A DNA stretch of 63,913 nt, filler included, from Deltaproteobacteria bacterium (GTDB lineage: Bacteria; JAUYMQ01): assembly GCA_030698575.1 (NCBI GenBank). It is 10 parts of 10 records of this genome, joined end to end, with 100 filler letters (N's around TTAATTAATTAA, not from the genome) between each part and the next. Parts side by side here need not be neighbours in the genome. Positions count along the whole stretch, not along the records: positions 60,673 to 63,913 come from JAUYMQ010000291.1; 9 more parts are not named here. The stretch is one strand, 5' to 3'. The translations under genes were made by a program, and so were the position numbers. Below the pieces are notes generated by a model. That model saw only the letters and a program-made list of their open reading frames with translations. It did no database searches and had not been told where the DNA came from. Positions 60,673 to 63,913 of this stretch are shown piece by piece; the stretch's first letter is position 1, and the number at the start of each line of letters is the position of its first letter.

Positions 60673-61278
60673 CTAGCCGAGTTCGAGGCGGCCCAAATGG
60701 CGGAAGCCGATCGGCCGCCGGCCCACTTAAATCTGGGCGTGGTGCACGAGGGGCAGGGGAAGCCGGAGAAGGCCGAGCAGTCCTACCTCACCGCCCTTCG
60801 CATGGACGCGGACTTCTTGCCCGCGCGCGTCAATCTGGCCAATCTCTACAACCGGATGGGGCGAAACGCCGACGCCGAGCGGCAGCTGCGCGAAGGGATC
60901 GCGCGCGCGCCGGAGGAGGGGGAGCTGTACTACTCGCTCGGCCTGCTGCTCGCCGAGGAGAAGCGCATGGACGAATCCGCTGATGCGCTGGGCAAGGCCG
61001 CCGCCCTCTTGCCGGACCGCGCGCGCATCAATTACAACCAGGGTCTGGTGTTTCAGGCGCTCGGCCGGTCCGCGGAGGCGGAGTCGGCGCTGCTCGAAGG
61101 GCATCGAAAAGATCCGTCAGATCCGTCGATCATTCAGGCGCTCGTTGTGCACTACGCGAACCAGGGGCATTGGCAGCAGGCGCTGCCTTTTGCCGAGAAG
61201 CTGGCAGCGCTCGTGCCCGGCGATAGCGCGGCGCAGGAGCAGGTAGGGAGGATTCGTGAAGAAATTTCCCGCCGTTGA
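60673..61278 (+). CDS. TPR-repeat protein C-terminus (5' partial)
   Basis: Several TPR repeats (AHLNLG, ARVNLA, YYSLG, NYNQG). Confidence 0.85.
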   Translation, partial: LAEFEAAQMAEADRPPAHLNLGVVHEGQGKPEKAEQSYLTALRMDADFLPARVNLANLYNRMGRNADAERQLREGIARAPEEGELYYSLGLLLAEEKRMDESADALGKAAALLPDRARINYNQGLVFQALGRSAEAESALLEGHRKDPSDPSIIQALVVHYANQGHWQQALPFAEKLAALVPGDSAAQEQVGRIREEISRR

Positions 61279-61324
61279 AGCGTGCCGCGGGGAAGCGCCA
61301 TGTCCGGGGCTAGGGGAGGGGAGC

Positions 61325-62734
61325 GTGAGTCGGCAGCACGCTGAAAACGCGACGCCGATCGTCCTGGCCACCCTGCTTTGCGGCCTGGTCGCCGTTACGC
61401 TTCTTGTGCATCCGGAGATTGTTCAGGCGTAGGAATCCTTGACCGCGGACGCACCCGCTCCCGACTCGGTCAGCGGCCTCAACACCCCCATGGAGTCGGC
61501 CTTCGAGATCGAGGCGCGAAAACCGCCCCGGTTCCCCCGGCTCAAGCGGCAGTTGCAGAACCTCCCCCCCTTTTTCAGCGACGCGAAACTCCTCTTCAGG
61601 CCTCGCAACTACTACTTTTACCGGGACAATCTCGACAACAGCAAGAACCAGGCCTGGGCGATGGGCGGTTCGGTAGCATTCGAATCAGGCTGGTTCATGG
61701 ATCGCGTCAAGCTGGGCGGCGAGTTCTTTACTTCCCAGAAGCTCTATGGGCCACTCGATCGCGACGGCACGGGGCTTCTCGAGACAGGGCAGCGGCACTA
61801 CAACGTTCTCGGGCAGGCCTATGGAATCCTGAAAATCGCGGAGCATCACAAAGTCTCGCTGTTCAGACAGGAATACGATCTCCCCTATGTGAACAAGAAC
61901 GACAGCCGCATGACGCCCAACACCTTCGAGGGCTACAGCGTGCAGGGCCGGTTCGATCGAAAAGGGAAGCGCCCCCAGATCGAGTACATCGCGGGCTACA
62001 TCGCGAAGATGAAGCCGCGAAACTCCGACGCGTTCATTTCCATGGCCGAGGCGGCGGGAGCCGGGGACGACGTCGACCGGGGCACGATCGTGAGCGGCTT
62101 TCGTGTCGCGCCGACCGACAAGATCGCCTTCGGGGCGGTCAACTTCCTGACGCCGGACGCCCTCAACATCCTTTACGTCGAGGGCTCCTACGAGCGCGAC
62201 GTTACCAAGAATCTAAGCCTGCGTCTGAAGGGGCAGTTCACGGATCAGCGCAGCGTGGGGAGCGACCTCCTCACGGGCTCCTCTTTCGACACCCATGTCG
62301 GCGGCGCCGAACTGGCCGCAAGTTACCGCTCCGGCGTTCTGCGCGCCGCCTTCTCGGTCACCTCCGACGAGGCGGACATCACGAGCCCTTTCGGCACATA
62401 CCCCGGCTATCTCGCCCTCATGCAGAGCGACCTCAACAGCGCGGGAGAGACCGCGTGGCTCCTGGGCCTTTCTTATGATTTCAAGCGGATCGGGCTCGAC
62501 GGGCTCAGCGCTTTCGCGAACTTCGCAAGCAGGACAAACCTCATCGATCCGTCGACCGGCGCGTCGCTCCCTGACGAGGGCGAGATCGACGTGACGGTGG
62601 ACTACAAGCTTCCGGACGGGCGCTTCAAGGGTTTCTGGGTTCGCCTGCGCGGGGCGTACCTCGACGAGAGCGGAATCGACGACTGGTCGCGGGAGTATCG
62701 CATCATTCTGAACTACGAGATTCCCCTCCTTTGA
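61325..62734 (+). pseudogene. OprD-family outer-membrane porin with an in-frame TAG after the signal peptide
   Basis: GTG start with SD; signal peptide ...VQA then TAG at 61430; NDSRMTPNTFEG; terminal YRIILNYEIPLL. Confidence 0.75.
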
Positions 62735-62949
62735 AGCATTCTCGCGCCAGAAGGTCTGCGTGAGGGCGAGAGACAGAAAATCATCGATTCACCCAAGGAT
62801 CGTAGTCTCCTGAATGTGTATTTACTTTGCAGAATTCCGATAGCAGCCGATTGCGGGGAGCGGGGTCCACACGCTGCCTTGATGATGCTATACGAGACAA
62901 TCCGATTGCGTAGAAGCTCATCGATCCTCGATTCGCTGAAGGAACCCCG

Positions 62950-63776
62950 ATGAAAAAAGGCTTTCGCAACAGGATGATGGCTGCCGTCCGCGAGCCCGCT
63001 AACACCCTCACGATCACGGCCGCTGAAATCGGCTGGCTGGAGGAGAGCTGGCAGAAGCGCTGGAACCGGGCGCCGACGCCCGCTGAACGCCAGGGCCTCA
63101 TTCAGGAATACGTCCGGGAAAGCGTGCTCTATCGTGAGGCGCTCGCGATGGGCCTGGACAAGGACGACACGATCATCCAGCGCAGGCTCGCCCAGAAACT
63201 GGAGTTCCTGACCCAAGATGTCGCCGATCTCACCCCGCCAAGCGATGACGATCTGAAGACCTATTTCGCCGCCCATGTCGATCGCTACCAGGCGCCCGAT
63301 CTTTTTACGTTCACGCATGTTTTTATCGATCCGGACAAGCGGGGTGACTAGACGCACCGGGATGGCGCGGAAATCATGGCCAAGCTGGAGGCGCTCGGGG
63401 AACCGGCGGAGGATCTCGATGATTTCGGAGATCCCTTCATGCTTCAGCGCTATTACCCCGAGAGATCCGCGCCGGATATATCAAAACTGTTCGGTTCAGA
63501 GTTTGCCCAATCGGTTTCCGAACTATCCCCGGGCCAGTGGCACGGTCCGTTGCTTTCCGGGTACGGCGTGCACCTGGTCTATGTCCACCGGCATACAGAG
63601 GCCCCGGCTCCGACCTTCTCAGAGGTTCGGGATCGCGTGGCGCAGGACTGGGGGACGAGAGGCGGGAGTCGCTCAACGAGCAGTACTATGCGAGCCTGCG
63701 CGAGCGCTACAACGTCGTGGTTGAAGACGGCGCTGAAGCACAGGAAGTAGCAGCCCTGAAGGAGCCGGTTCGATGA
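62950..63776 (+). pseudogene. PpiC/rotamase-like peptidyl-prolyl isomerase, disrupted
   Basis: LYREALAMGLD, WHGPLLSGYGVHLV; TAG at 63349; frameshift in a G5 run at 63650-63654. Confidence 0.8.
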
Positions 63777-63913
63777 ACAGGGGTCGGCGCGGATTGCCGC
63801 TGCTGCTCCTGGTTTGCCTGCTTCTGGCCGGCCTGCCTACGGCACCCGCAGCCCCCGCCCATGAAATCCGGCCTGTACTCCTCGAGATATCGGAACGGGC
63901 TCCCGGGCGGTTC
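63773..63913 (+). CDS. HupE/UreJ-family protein N-terminus (partial)
   Basis: Signal peptide then AHEIRP.LLEI.E; ATGA coupling to the PPIase. Confidence 0.65.
   Translation, partial: MNRGRRGLPLLLLVCLLLAGLPTAPAAPAHEIRPVLLEISERAPGRF

Noticed and set aside
308-63776. Many long antisense or alternative-frame ORFs in the track (e.g. 23289-24737, 27869-29353, 44679-46268, 52180-53679)
   Set aside because: Shadow ORFs expected at high GC3, overlapping well-supported genes

Overview
The window is not one locus. It is ten unrelated contigs joined by 100-nt artificial spacers (N44-TTAATTAATTAA-N44). Most contigs are GC-rich and look Deltaproteobacteria/Myxococcota-like; one is a phage fragment with an alphaproteobacterial-looking gene. 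Contents by contig: (1) clpP-tig-tRNA-Leu, a pair of small membrane proteins behind a sigma28-like promoter, and an SDR; (2) Thr dehydrogenase-like SDR, udp and cheR; (3) MetE-II family protein and GST; (4) a type I R-M locus in which an AbiEi/AbiEii pair and a HEPN-motif (DUF3644-like) gene sit translationally coupled between hsdM and hsdS; (5) a phage lysis module with an HNH endonuclease; (6) an ArsA/GET3 pair, a Zn-ribbon orphan gene with a sigma54-like promoter and structured RNA on both sides, isoprenoid-related genes, otsAB and a ccm operon carrying a MITE; (7) ribBX, HAD, LLM oxidoreductase and L,D-transpeptidase; (8) a Wzc/OPX/beta-barrel polysaccharide export cluster plus glpX, apgM-like, hom and alaC; (9) MBOAT, alkyl sulfatase-like protein, an RRE/pseudo-M50/HlyD fusion and the start of a PKS; (10) a decaying TPR-porin-PPIase-HupE operon. 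Best candidates for undescribed systems are the AbiE-HEPN-hsdS cassette (contig 4) and the structured-RNA plus Zn-ribbon gene unit (contig 6). All family calls come from motif recognition by eye; no searches were run.
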